Of a DNA stretch of 64,000 bases, positions 24,440 to 38,200 are shown piece by piece; within the stretch, counting starts at the first letter, position 1; every line of letters starts with the position of its first letter. Source of the DNA: Protoeuglena noctilucae (lineage: Eukaryota); assembly GCA_958009085.1 (NCBI GenBank), contig OY253669.1, positions 1,426,001-1,490,000 on the forward strand, written 5' to 3'. The notes under the pieces are model-generated. The model was given only the letters and a program-made list of their open reading frames with translations. It did not search any database and was not told the DNA's origin. The position numbers were made by a program, and so were the translations under genes.

Positions 24440-25028
24440 TGAGTTGCACGTGACGCTGCAAATGCGGAAGAGCTGTTGGGATATCACGAGCTTACCGGCG
24501 CTCGCACGCGCAGTTCCTGAGCGATCCGACGATCGCGATGGCTTAATATGGATCGAATTCAGATGTGACAGCAATAGGCATTGCATTCGCCCAATGCCTC
24601 GTTGGCTCGGGCATAACCAGCGGCATCAACGATATACTGAACGACGCCAACGCTTCCAGGTGATGAGGTTAAAGCATTTGCGTCACATTGCATGTCGCTA
24701 GTTGCGTGGATTCGTCGCCTGGGCAAAGTCACCTTGTGCAGCCCGGCGGGAGGTGATGGGGGCCACGCCACTGTGCCTCTCCTTGATCACTGCTATGTAG
24801 TGATCTCAATGTCCTGGCGCCAGCTCCATGCACCCCATCAAATGCGCTTGGCAGAAGACCTACCTGCTGTCGGTCAGGGCAAAGCTGTGGGCGAGCCAGG
24901 ATTCATCTTCTGACCCGTATAATGCGTCACTGGTTGTTTTACGGCCAAAAAACGCCGACTGTGAGGGCGTCGGGCTGCAGCGCCATCCATAGTCGCGAGG
25001 AAGCACCTCTGTGCACCTGCGGGAGGGG

Positions 25029-27287
25029 ATGGGGGGCTGGAAGGCCCTGGGCCCGGTGGTAAGGACGCTCCTCAATTGGAACTCTCCCAGAAGCTGACGA
25101 TCCATGCGTTGCAGAAGCAGAAGGCGTCCCACATCTCACGCGCAGAGCTACGGGGGCGCCCCGCCTCAGCAGACGGTCACCGGCGCGGGAAAGACGCTTT
25201 CCCTGAAGGTCCTCTCTCTGGACGAGATCGCCGGGAGCTTCGATCCGGCCGCTCTCCTGGAAATCCACCCGGAGGATGCGGCAGAGTTGAGGGGAGGAGG
25301 CGATGCAAGTGCCTCGGCCGGGCCGCTGCCGATTTTCCGCGCGGATGGCAGCGGTAAGTGGGTCGCTGCAATGCTTCATCAGCATGCAGGTCTAGAGGGA
25401 GAGAATTGCGCGATAAAGGCGCGCGTCGCGCCCGCAGAGGCCGTCGGCAGCGCCCAGCCCTCTGCTCGGGTCCCGCGTGGCTGCCTGGCTGCCTCTGCCA
25501 TGCACTGCCGCAACCTCCTCCTTGCCCCTGGCGACCAGTACTCCTTCTCCCTCTTCGCTCCGAGCGGCGGGCCAAGCGACCTCACGTGTTTGGAACTGGA
25601 GGCAAGCATGCATCGCTGCTGACACTGCAGTCCCCTGCGGAGATGACCCAACCAAGCTATCCAGTGACAACACGTGACATCTCTCGCCGCAGGTCCTCCG
25701 GTCATGGGCCCGGGGCGAGGAGGACGGAGTGGACGAGGACGACGAAGGCGCCCCAGCAGTGGTGCTAGAGGCTCGGGAGGCGGGGCGGGAGGTGCTGAGG
25801 TGCAAGCTTGGAGGATGGGCGCACGTGGGAGAGAGGGTCGTGGTCCGTGCACAAGGGGGCGCTTTGGCCGTGCTGCGGGTGTGCGGGACGCACGTGCTGA
25901 GCGCGAGGGAGGAGGCAGAGGCCATCGGCCACCATTGCTTCAGGGGTCGGGTCACGCCCGAGACGCACGTGCGCGTGGTCGGGCCCTCGGGCCACAGCGG
26001 GGTCAGGTGCGGCCGGCCGCATGCATGCCCTCCCAAAGTCGTGTCCCATGTCGCGGGCGCCGCTCGCCGATCGAAGCAAGACGGTTCCATCGGCGCCACG
26101 CACTCCTCTGCCTCGCAGCCTCCTGAACCCCGACCGCCCCTGGTCGAGCGACGCCCCGAGCGCGGCCGACGCCGTGACTGTCGAGACGACCGACGGGCAG
26201 GGAGGCCAGGGCGATCCGTACGTGGTACAGCGGCGCCTGCTGCGGCCGTGCATCCGGCTCACTCAGGCGCTTCGGGGCGGGCCGGGGCGCAAGGATGACG
26301 ACGGCTTGCGAGAGGCCTGCCCTGGTGTGCCGGGGCTGCGAGGTGCCACGGAGGGCGAGGTCGATGCCGGGGATGCGGGGGTTGCAGGCGCGGGGCCTGT
26401 CCAGAGCATCAGGGTGGAGGTGGACACGCTCACGTTCGACCGAGTCTTGCTGTTCCTGGAGGCCCTTCACCTGGGCCGGGATCCCCCAGACTTCGCCGCG
26501 TATCACATGGGTGAGGGCGGAGGAGCTGGTTAGGTCGTGGCACTTGCGTTCGCCTGTCGGCCAGGGGTTAATTCTCCGTCACCCTCTATGCCTGGCAGAT
26601 GCATTGGAGGCGGCCGCGAGCTCCCTAGGCCTGCGTGCGCTGGAGGAGTTCTGCGCGGCCAAGCGGGGGGCGCTGGCAGAGCGCGTGCGGGACTGGCGGT
26701 GGGAGGAGGTCGTGGCCGGCAACGACGCGGGTGGGTGCTTGCTGGCTGTCGACGGGATGGTCCTGGACGTCAAGCGGTGGCTCCCGGAGCACCCCGGCGG
26801 CGACCGCATCATCCCCGCGCAGGCGCTCAACGTCGACAGCACGGGTGAGCGCACACTGGCTAAACATAGGTCAGGACCGTGCGGGTCTCCCTCAGACACG
26901 CAAGTCATGTGCACCCTCCCCTCCCCACCGCCTACCGCAGTGTTCTTTGAGCTGTACCATGTTACCCGCGAGTCTTTCTTGCTACTCAAGGAGTTCTACG
27001 TGGGAGAGGTCGTGCCAGAGGACCTGTGAGGGGTGCCCACGCGTGCCTGTTGTGCTTGTCGCGCGATCCATGTCTCTTGGAAGAGCAGGGCGAGCCTGGA
27101 CATACGCACACATGCACGCGCCTCCCGTCCCTGCCCTCGCAGGCCCCTCATCCCGCCCCCCAGGCACGGGCAGGGCTTCCGTGATGGCGACGTCCCAGCG
27201 CCGTCGGACCACTTCCTGACCCAGCTGCGTGCCTTCACGCCCTGGCGGCAGCAGAAGGGCGAAATCAAAGTTTTCAAGAGCTTCTGA
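25029..27287 (+). CDS. Multidomain protein: double-psi/CDC48-N-like region, BTB-like region and C-terminal cytochrome b5 heme-binding domain
   Basis: Cyt-b5 motif VDGMVLDVKRWLPEHPGG..DST|VFFELYH..LLKEFYVGEV has both axial His. BTB-like motif VDTLTFDRVLLFLE..LEAAASSLGLRALEEFC; also LEIHPEDAAEL. Start codon uncertain. Confidence 0.75.
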
Positions 27288-27403
27288 AGCTCCAGCTGTG
27301 AAGACTACAACAACGCATCATGTCTACCCTTCTATAATCATGTCGCGATGACCATGGACGCACAGCGACGTTGAACCCCGTGTTGGTCTCAAATAGAGGA
27401 GTC

Positions 27404-29957
27404 TCAGAGGGGCCCCGCGGGGGGCGGCGTGGCCCCCGCATCGACCCGCGTGACGCGCGCCCCCAGCGCACGCAGCTTCTCCTCCAATCGATCGTATCCA
27501 CGGTCCAAGTGACCCAGGCCCTCGACCACCGTGACCCCCTCCGCCGCCAGCCCCGCCACCACCAGGCCCGCAGCCGCCCGCAGGTCCCCAGAGACCACCC
27601 GGGCCCCTCGGAGCCGGTCGCTGCCGGCGAACTGCGCACAGCGGCCCGCCGCGTCCACCGAGACGCAAGCCCCGAGGGCCGCGAGCTGGTCCACGTGCCG
27701 CATCCGGTCCTCAAACACCGTCTCTGCGACACAGGGCCCAGAGACCGGCAGTCGCAGGAAGGCGCATGCAAAGGGGACACCCCTGAATGACAGAACAGAG
27801 AAAGCGCAGGCGGCCCTACAACACCTGGAATGCTTGGCTGCATCCTCGTCGCAAGCCGCATGGGCTCACCCGTGACGGTGGATGGCGTGCTGCACAGGGG
27901 CAGCAGGGCCATCAGCACCGGCTGCATGTCAGTGGGGAACCCCGGGAAGGGCGCCGTGGTGACGTCGACACCGAAGAGCGGCCCAGATACGTGCACGGAC
28001 AACGTGACGGGCCCCTCCGCTCCCGTAATGGCATGGGACGACGCCTCGCCACCCCGCGCTGGTGCTTCGCTCGCAGTGACCCCCGTGCCTCTCGGCGACG
28101 CCACGCCGTGACACAGGGTACCGTCCACCCCCGCTCTCCGTCGCTCGACCTCGTCACCTACCCGCACCTCCACGTCCGCCACGGGCGCGCCGCTGCATGC
28201 CCCGACGACCCCGACCGTCCCACACCTGCCCAGCCCCGCCTCACCCTCCCGGCCCCGGGCCAGACCGTGCCCAGCACCGTGCCCGGCCCCGCTCGTGCAC
28301 GACGGCAAGCGAGACGCCCGACCGTCTGTCAAGCCGTTGCCGCGCGCCCCCTTCGCCGCATCGCGAGACCCGCGGCCGGCGCCACCGCCCACTGCATCCC
28401 GCGCGCTGTGAACGCGGATCTGGCACCCCGCAGCTGTCAGGACGTCCACCAGCGGCCTCACGTGGCTGAGCATCACGGGACCCAGGGATATCGACGACCC
28501 CGTGGCGGCTGCAGCCACCATGAACGTCCCCGCCTCAATCCTGTCCGGGATGATGGCTGCGGGGTGCAACGGAACGGCGGGGCATGAAAGTGACAGTCAA
28601 TCAGCGCATGTCACCCAACAGGTCACTTGTGCACCCTTTGCACTCGTAACGTACGCATGCATGCATGTATGGCGGGGCTTAAGTGCACGCACCGTGCTCT
28701 GTGGACCCCAGGCGCTCCACCCCATGGACCGTGATGGTCGATCCCGTCTGCCGGACGCGCCCACCCATGCCGTTGACGAGGCGGATGAGGTCCTGCGGCC
28801 CAAGGTAAGAGGGTGACCACGATATCATCCTGGCTTTGCCACAGCACGCACCCCGCCGGGCGGCAAAGGACAGCGCGAGACACAGCGCGCCCTCGGCCGA
28901 CGCACCTCGACTTCGGGCTCCCTCGCGGTGTTGCGTATCACGCTGCGGCCCCTGGCCAGGGCAGCGGCCATGACGGCCGTCTCCGTGGCACCCACGCTGG
29001 GGAACCGCAGGCGGAAGTCGGCGCCCACGAGCCCACCCAATGGGGCCTGGGCCGACACCATCCCTGAGTCGGGGCAAACCCGCACGGAGGCGCCCAGCGC
29101 GCGCAGGACGTCCACGTGGATGTCCACAGGCCGGCGACCGATGTCGCAGCCCCCAGGCTGCGGGTGCGGGGTTGAGGGTGGCCTCAGGTCTGAGTAGGGG
29201 AGCCTGGCATCAGAGAGCTAAAAGCCTCACGCAGCTCTGGGTCCCATCGCTCACCAGCGGCACGTGGGCTACCCCGAGGCGAGCGAGGAGCGGCCCGATG
29301 ACGAGGAAGCTGGCCCGGAGACGCGAGGCCACGTCTGCGGAGGGTGCCGCTCCCGACAGCGCCGCCGCGTTAACGACCAGCCCGGCAGACTCCCGCGACA
29401 TGCGCACCCCCAGGCCTTCCAGCTGCGTGGCGGGAGGGGTCGGCGATGTAGCGCACCGCAGCACCGTCGCCCGTCCCTCCCCGGACCCCGGACGCGTCGC
29501 CGCGCTCGTTGCTCACCAGATCGCACATCTCCGTGACGTCGGCGAGGTCTGGCACGTCGCGCAGGATGACCGGGTCGCGCGAAAGGAGGGCGGCCGCGAG
29601 CGCGACCAGGGCTGCGTTCTTGGCCCCCGAAATGGCCACGTGGCCCGACAGCCGCGCGCCGCCCTCCACCAAAAGACAGCCTCCTGCACCTCGACAAGAC
29701 GACGGGGCGGACCTGGGTTACCGCTAGCGGCGCGGGCAGCCCGCAACTGAGCGACATCGACGCCCTATGCGACGCGCGCGGGTGAGACGCGGCGGCGCCG
29801 CTTCGGAACGTCGCCCATCGCAAGGACCGGCGCTTCGGGGATTATGGGAGCCTCACCCCGCCTGGCATCTTCCCCGGAGCCCTCGGTCGCTTTTGGCAGG
29901 TGCGCCAACGCATGAACGCAGCCAGTCCCGCCGCTCCAGGAGGGCTGCGAAGGACAT
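27404..29957 (-). CDS. murA: UDP-N-acetylglucosamine 1-carboxyvinyltransferase (nuclear, intron-containing, probably plastid-targeted)
   Basis: Motifs [37 protein letters not shown] (catalytic Cys), [49 protein letters not shown] and HLDRGY; six GT-AG introns. Start approximate. Confidence 0.96.
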
Positions 29958-30810
29958 GAGCAAGACCGATGCGTGGACTCTCACAGCCGACCCATCATCG
30001 CGCATCCACACACTGCCCACCGGCCACGGAGTGTTTGAACATGGCAAGCGCACGGGCAGCCCGCCATTGCCCCGCCCGGACCAGGTGAGGTCGACTCACG
30101 TGCTCCCGGCGCAGCCTGCGCCATGCGTCCCTGCGCTGCCACGACTGGGGGCACGTACGACCCGTCACCCTGCCCAGGGAGCAGGATGCGTGCCTGTGCC
30201 CGGCCGGGGGACCCGCGGTCACGGGACAATTTGAAAGCAGCTGTCCTGTCATGCCATCGCGCATGCGCGGGGGGCCTGTATGGGCCTGTATGTGCGGCAA
30301 GCAATGCCGATGCGCAATCTGCCCCGGCTCCTCGCTCTGGCTCTCCGCGCTTTCAAGTCGCAGTCCTGATGAACCAAGCTTGAGCTGAGATCAGTTGAGT
30401 CACGGGCTTTCGGCCAACTCTGACGAGTTTGCAATGCCAGCGGCGGATCGTGCCTTGCCGTGCGCCCGAGCTCGGGCCTCGCTGACCCACTATCGTTGCA
30501 ACCTCACGGCCAGCTTCACAAAGCACTTCTAAAGCCGCAGAGGCAACCAAGCATCCGACTCATGCGGCGCAAAACCACAACGCGAGGGCAGGGCATGGGC
30601 ATTGTTACGGCGCTGCCCCTCAAAGCATGTACAGACGCGAGCGTGCTGAGTGCCTAGGTGCAAACGCATCGTGCACGCGCCGCGGTCCCCCACGGCGACC
30701 TGGGATAGCCTGCCCGGGGGCTTTGCGCAAAGCTGTCCTTGCGCCGGCATCCATCCACGGTGGCCGGGACAAGCCCGTGAAGACGGCGTGGCCTCGCCCT
30801 GCCACTACTC

Positions 30811-31659
30811 CCTGATGACGCCGGGCCGGCCGCCCTTGGTGGTCTGTTGTTGCGCGTCGCCACCCTGCATCACTTCCTGGATCGTCGTCTGCTTGTCCAG
30901 CTCCGTGTACCCGCCCACGCCGCACAGGTCCCCCCGACGGTACTGCGGGGAGGGAAAGCGGGGAACGTCGTCGCACGCCGGGCAAGCGGTCGAAGGGACC
31001 CCCCGGCTGGCCTCTGGCGGGTAGTGCAGTCCGGCGCGGCAAGGCCGGCTCTTTCCGCGTGTTGACGGACCGAACGTTATCGTCAGAGTCTCTGAGCCGG
31101 GAGCGCGGGGGCGCGCGAGCGCAAGGCGGGGGACAGCTCACCCATGCGATGAAGAGGAGCCCGAGGACGCAGAGGACCGCCCACGTCATGACCACGGCCG
31201 TGAGCGAGACACTGGGACCGGTGCTCTCCGTGACGTTGGAGGGGACGGCATTGATGTCGCCCTCGTCCATCAGGCCACGGCCAGAGAAGCTCAGCTCCCC
31301 CGAGGCCCCCCCGGCAGCACGGGCAAAGCCGGGCCCGAAGAAGGGGCTGCGCGTGGAGAGGGAGGCACGAGGACTGAGCGCACGCCATCGGGACGGAAGT
31401 TCCGTGCCGCCAGGAGAGCGCGCGGGACCCAACGTGAGTGGTCCCTTCCCGAGACCGTTCGCCCCCCGCCCGTGGGCCACGGCGCGGGACGACCACGCGA
31501 CTCTGTCGCAATACACGTTCCGGAGACATGGAGAGCGAACGGCAGCCTCTCCGCGAGCCCGCGAGCGCAAGGCCCGGGCCGAGTAGGTCACCTGGGCCGG
31601 GCCGAGGCGCCGACGAAGCCGGATGAGACGAGGACGAAGATCACGATGGAGTCCAGCAT
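30811..31659 (-). CDS. Small predicted type I membrane protein (signal peptide plus one TM)
   Basis: MLDSIVIFVLVSSGFVGASARP | SPFF..SGRGLMDEG..NVT..LTAVVMTWAVLCVLGLLFIAW; last exon frame uncertain. Confidence 0.45.
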
Positions 31660-32226
31660 TTAAAACGGACGGCCCGTCCTCGACCGCTTGGCCTCCCGAT
31701 TAACGCCAGGCGGCCTCACTCGCGTTTGCAGCCCCCCACGCCCCGCAGACGTCGGCAGGGACGGCGCTGTCGATAGGACAGCGACGCGAAGGAAGCACGT
31801 TGATGAAGCAGAGATCGGCGCGGGTCGACGGGAGCCTGAGCGCGCGATGCGGGGTGGGGTCCCACACTCCGAAAGCGATGTGCGCGGATGGGGCAGGGGT
31901 GGTCGTCTCAAAACGAGCCAGCGTGATCAGGGCCATCGATAGCGGGTTGTGGCTAGGCGGGGGACGGAAAGGGCCGGTGCCGATTCGCGTCTTGTCGGGC
32001 AGTGACACCGTCAGATGAGACCCTGCTCTTCTGCGCTAGCCCCGTGCATCACCACGCTCCCCAGGCTGAGGAAGGACGCTGCGCAGCACGATTATCAACT
32101 CAGCAAACCCTGACTGCTAGATACGAACGAAAACATTTCAACGGTAGGGCTGCGGTGCCTAGGATGCCTCTGCATGAGGCCTGAACAAGAGCGCGCAGGG
32201 CAGCGCTGGAGAGCCGGGAGCTTCCT

Positions 32227-35200
32227 TTACACGGGGGCGACCCTGCCCGTGAACAGGCTGGTGACGCTTTCCCACGACTCGATGGCGGACTCGGACGCGG
32301 CCAGGTACCACTCCTTGAGGCTGACCATCCTCTCCGCGACGCTCAGCCGGTCGTAGGCGAAGTTGAGCGAGCCGGAGACCACGTCGCCCACGTTCGGGGC
32401 GAACAGGAACGACCGCGCGTCCCTGCGGGCCCAGCAGCGGCGCGGACGGCATCGCACGCGGAGGCTACCCACGTTGGCTCACGTGCCTGCTACCCACTCC
32501 TGACACCTAGCCCTGCCCAGGCAACAACAACACTGCCAGCTGCTCACTTGGGCATGGTGGTGCTGCCGATTTCCAGGGGGCCCGCCAGCAGAGCGCGCTG
32601 GGTGACGAGCGCCAGCGGTGCCGCGCCCGCGCCCTTTTCCTTCTTGCTCAGCCCCGACTGGATCTTGCTCGGAAGCCAGAGCTTCTGCAGGTGCGGGGTC
32701 ACTGGCACGTGAACGGGGCCCTCCGCCAGTGCGGCTCCTGCGGCAGTGTCTGCAAGCTCATGAGCCCGGCCTGCTCTGCTGCCCGGGCACGCACCAGCGC
32801 GAGGTCGTTGCGGTGCTTGGCCTCCCACTCCCGCCGCGCCTCCGGGTGCGCAGCGCACGTGCTGGCGGCGACGTACATGGAGCGGTAGAGCGTGGTCAGC
32901 ACGTCGTTGTTCACACCCCACCCCACGTAGCGGATCAGGAGGTTGGGGAGGAAGAAGGCATGGAACAGCTTGGCCTCCCGGAGGACCTTGACAAGCTCCG
33001 TGAAGCCCAGGATGCGCCAGCAGAGGGCGTCGGGGGAGGACGGGTCCAGCAGCTCGCGCTGCTTGCGCCGGATGGCAGCGCGCCGCTGCGGGCGATGCGG
33101 GGAGGGCAGCGGCTCAGGCGGTGTCCTGCCGTTGCGGCGATGCTGTCGGGCGCAGCTGTGTGATCAGCAAGGATCCCCACAGCGGCGCGCGCCACTGCCC
33201 TCGCTCGCCTTGCTGGCGTTGTTGGCCTTCTTCGCCTTGTCACCCTGGTCGCCCTCCTCGTGGTGCCCGTCGTCGTCGCCCCACACCAGGGCGTCGCGGT
33301 TGCTGTCCCACATCTCCGTCCAGAAACGGAACCAAATCGCGTGCGCCGGGCTCTGGAGCGCCCACTGCTGCCGCAGGACCAGCTGCTGCAGCTGCCCGGT
33401 CTTGTCCAGCATGGCGGCGATCTCCTTCACCGCCGTCGGCTCCACGGTGCGGATCATCTCCAGTACAAACTCCACCGGGGCGCGGTTGTTGTCGAACACG
33501 AAGAACCAGAAGGCCGGGGTGAGGACGTTGTTGAGCCTGCGTGCGGCGCGGCCACGGGGGCAGGCATGGGAGCGCGCGGGCAGGCGAGGGCGGTCGTTCG
33601 TGCCGTGGCTCGCCACCCACTCACTGCACGAATTGGTCCCGGAGGTGGATGCGGTAGGCCAGCACGCGCAGATCGTACTCGTTCATGGCCTGCAGCACGA
33701 CGGGGAAGTTGTGCCGCAGCACGTCCAGGAACGTGCTCCCGTCCTTGAGCCACTGCGGGCCCACGCCGAGCTTCGTCTCGAGCTTCCCGGGCTTGCGGCG
33801 CTCGCCGACGTCCCCCTCGTCGTCCTCCTCCCCCTTCTCCATCTCCCAGAGCTTGGCGCCCGCCTCTCCGGTCTTGCCCGCCAGCCACGTGCCCATGGGC
33901 CGCGCCTTGGCCATCAACTGCGGCACGAGGGGCGGGGTTTGAGTGGGCAGGTGTTGGCGGCAGCGAGTGGCCAGTTAACGCCGTGCAGTGCGGGACGCCA
34001 CAGCACCCATCCAGCGACCCCCACGCACCGCGTTCCCGTCGCCGCGCATGTTGAGGTGGATGCCCTCGGCGCCCGTCTGAGGGATCACGGCGTAGGCAGG
34101 GCCGACGCCCGCGGCGCTCTTCTCCTTGTCCGCAGCATCGGGCACCACTGCGTGCAGGGATGGGACGGCGACGTTACTTCACATGATGTGCCAGCAGGCG
34201 CGGACCTCGTCATACACACAGCGAACACATGAGCAGGTGTGGGGTTCCCGAGGGTCACTCTGCGGCAGGCACCTTGCTCGCCGGCGACGAGCATCACGGG
34301 GTGGAACCCGGAGGCCATCTCGCGCCTCAGGCGGGCCTCGATGGCGCTCTTCGCGGCCAGGTTAACGACCGCGCCGTTCTCAGCGCCCTCCGTCTCGTCC
34401 GTCCCCGTCGCGCGGCTGTCCTGCAGCAGAAGGTCCCGTGCGGGGAGGTGAGACCACTCATGCGATAAGTGAGACCCAGTCATGCAGTTATGTGAGACCC
34501 ACCCACCGCCGTCACCTGGCGGGAGCTGCCCCCGATGCGCTGCAGCACCCTGCCCTTGGCGCCCGGCAGCGCGGTCGTGACCTCCTCGGGAAGCGTGTAC
34601 CGCGCTCCCTTGCGGGCGTCCCAGTTGGTCAGCCCCAGCAGCGCCAGAGCCACGCGGAACGTCAGAGAGTCGACGGCGCCCATCGACAGCAGGGGCGCGA
34701 TGAGCGACTTGGGCCGACGGAGCTGCTGCGTCCACTGCGAGGGCGGAGGGACAGTGTAACGGTCGCCGCATCCCGGGCAGCCACGGGAGCCGCAGTGACG
34801 GGAGCGGCACCGGAGCTGCGGCGACGGGAGTGTCACAGAAGCGGCCCCGGTAACTGGGCTCACCTGCGCCGCCAGCAGGGCCGGCCCCCATCCCGCGTCC
34901 TCCACGAACTTGGGGTTCACGTTGTAGCCCCTGTCCTTGGCCCGGCGAGCCTTCCATGACCCCGGCAGCTCTGGCGCCGCCTTGGACAGGATGTAGTTAA
35001 GCGCCAGCACCTCCAGCACGTCTGGGTGGTCCTTGGGAACGGCGACCCTGCGCAGAGAATGGAGGAGGAGGAAAGGGTCGAGTGGGAGGTGTGACGGTGG
35101 CGCACCATCGCTGATGGGCCCAGGTCCGCGCTCGTGTCACGCTCACATGTCGCACGGGACGAGGGGCCAGATGCGCCGCAGGATGCCTCTTGTGATGGGC

Positions 35201-38200
35201 AGGAACAAGCCCAGGGCGAAGAACGGGCGGAAGGCGATGAAGGCGGGCTGGAAGACGACGACGGTCTGGTCCGAGAAGCACAGCTTCATCTGTCGCCTGC
35301 CCTTCCCGCTGGCGCCCTGGAACGCCGGCACGCCCCCCTGCAGAGTCACGGCAGCGCAGCGCCGGTCGAGGAGCGAAGCACGGAACGTGAAGCAGCGCCA
35401 GGGTGCCCGCTCCCCGCGCCCCCATCCCTCGCCTGCACGTGCATGTCCGACGCCATGTGCCTGCCGGAGAAGACATCCATGGTGGCGCCGTTGCCGGTGT
35501 TGGTGGGGATGCCGCGCCTGTTAAACATGAAGACCGTGCCCACGCGGGGCTGCAGCGTGACGCGGGTCTCCTGCGGCACCCAGCGCACCGACCCGCTGAA
35601 CCCTCCCCGGTCGTTGAAGGCTCCGTCGATGTGCAGCGCCTGCCCGGGCACGGGGCCCTGGAAGGACAGGTCCACCGCCTTGCGGTTCATCGCGCGCGTC
35701 ATCATCCTGCGGGCCGGGGGAGGCACATTGATGCCATCTCTGCAGGACGTTCCCTGCCCACGCTTAGCCACAAATCCATACGCGATGCAAGGCGTCCCAG
35801 CCATGCCAGCCACTCACCGGTAGTACCGCAGCGCAACCACGTACGGGTCCGACAGGTTGAGCTCCAGGAACTTGGGCAGGTGGTCTGGGTCGATCTCGAC
35901 GGGGGCCACCTGCCTGTCGAACATGAGGGGCTCGCCGAAGAGGCCGTACGTCTTGACCGTCACGCCGCACACCTGGAAGGGCCGCTTGGTCGGGTTGTCC
36001 GCCACGAACATGACACGGAAGGGGTACGGCTGGATCCACAGCTTGCCCATCTCCTCCCTGCATGACAGCAGGCCAGGTGACGAGGGAGGTGAGGTGCGAG
36101 GTGGTCGTGCGGTACGTGCCTGGGCGGTACTGGGGGTGCGACAAGCGCTGGGCACCCCATGCAACAAGCGCTGGGCACCTGGGCATGCCGTCCGCGTCGG
36201 TGAACCTCCAGAAGACGTCCTGGCCCTCGAGCTCCTCCACCACGCGCCTCCGCAGCATGAGCACGCGCGAGTCCTTCGTCTGGTGCCAGAACTCAACGAT
36301 GCGGGACCTGCCGACCTCCTTCGCCATCAGCGTGTACTTGCGCAGCTGGACAGCCGTCGCGGAGGCGAACTGGAGGAAGGCTGCGTGGGACCACACGTTA
36401 GGGCGCAGGTGAGAGTGGGTGAGGCAGGCCACACACCCAGCATCGTCACCCGCAGCGACAGAATGTAGCGCGCGCCCCTCACCAGCGCGCCAGAACGGGT
36501 GCCACAGGAACATCTTGACCTCCTTGGAGAGGGTGTGCAGGTCCGTGCTCCACGTCCCGAGCGCCTCGTAGTACGTTGCCGTTTCCCCGTCCATGGAGCT
36601 GCGGGAGTGGCACAGATTAGCGGGCTCATCCCACTCGGCCGCAGGGTGCCACAGCCGTTGCTTGTCAGGACGCACGGGAGGTGCGCAGCGCGTGGCAGCA
36701 GTGCCATGCGGGGACGCGCGTCTGCGCCCAGGGCCCCGCACCTGACGAACTTGAGCGTCGGGAAGAGCCGGCGGATGATCTTCTTGGCGCGGGGCCAGTA
36801 CTTCTCGAGCAGGCCGCGGCAGAGGACGGCGAGCGAGAACCCCATGGCGACGAACCCCAGCACCTTCCCCGTGCGCGGGAGGAACGTGATGAAGGAGCTC
36901 ACGAGGAGCCAGAAGGTCCAGAAGCGGTTGTTCCACTCCAGGGTGGTGGACTCGCGGTCGAGGTACGGGGAGGTGAAGAAGGTGACGCCGCCCATGACCC
37001 CCATCAGGCCCGTGGCCCAGAGCTGCTGGATGGTGGGCGTCTGGCTGAGACTGTTGCTGCCCACGATCAGCGTCTTGGCGGCCAGGATGTAGATTTTGTA
37101 CGCCCACGCCGACTGGGTGTAGGAGGCGTAGAGCGTGCGGTACGGGTTCATGAGCTGATCAGCACTCGCCAGCTGCTCTCGGTACTGGGCGTTCCCGAAC
37201 GTGACCTCGTCTCCCGCGGCGTCGAAGGCGGTGCTCTTGCCGTTGATGCAGACCACCTGCGATGCACCAGATGTGGGTATATGGGACGCGTCCACCTCGC
37301 GCAGACGACGCTATTGTCAGCCCGGATGGCATCACCGCTAGCGCTCATGTGTGGTGCCGCCAGCGTTGATGTTATCGCTGACCCCCGGTCGCAGATTGCG
37401 ACGCCCGCTCGCCTTGGGGCGGTTGTGGTAGGCCTTGATCAGCGCCCAGATGGGGAAGCCCAGGATGAAGAAGGCTACGATGGGTGCGGACCCCAGGACG
37501 AGGGCGATGCCCAGGTTCGGGATGTACCAGTCGGCCTTGCAGACGGCCTGCATCTTCTCGATCTCGAACGGGTTCTTCGAATTCGGGTCAAACTCGCCCG
37601 TCCCCGTGACGGAGTTGTACGGCGTGCCAGACCACCGCCAGGCCAGCCACTGCAGGTAGGCGCCCTGCGGGTGGCGGCCGGGGTGACATGGCATTCACGT
37701 GGCTGCTTTCACGCCGCAGCAGCACGCGCGCGTCTTCTTTCCATGCGCCAGCGCGCCCCTCACCTTGCAGCCCCACACTTGCGTGATGGCGTTGGAGAGG
37801 GGCATGTGAATCGTGCATCCGATGAAGACATACCACTTCATCTTATCGACGGCGCTCATGCCGAACGTGTTGCGGACGAACGTGCCGAGCCACTTGGGCA
37901 GGTCCTCCAGCTCCCTCACCGGCCTGCCCTGCTGCCCCTGCGGTGCGTGCGGCACAAGGGACCGTCACGACTGCCAACGGAATCTGACGCCGCCATCGCC
38001 AGCGACGAGTCCACGCACCGTCTTGCTCGTCTCCTCGTCGACCTCCTCCTGGGAGCGGAGACGCAGGATCCACCTCACGTACCCCGGGACCTCCTTCTGC
38101 TTCATCGCCGCCCACGACATGGCCTCGTGGCCGTCGCGCAGCCGGTCGGGCGTCTCGGTGTCGAAAGCGACCTTGGCGAGGATGAAGTAGAACTCCACCG

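Noticed and set aside
27404..29957. murA as bacterial contamination or a recent insertion
   Set aside because: It has six spliceosomal introns in the local style, similar composition and eukaryotic neighbours.
31700..32008. 102-aa minus-strand ORF between two genes
   Set aside because: No recognisable motif or supported splice links; probably UTR or intergenic sequence.
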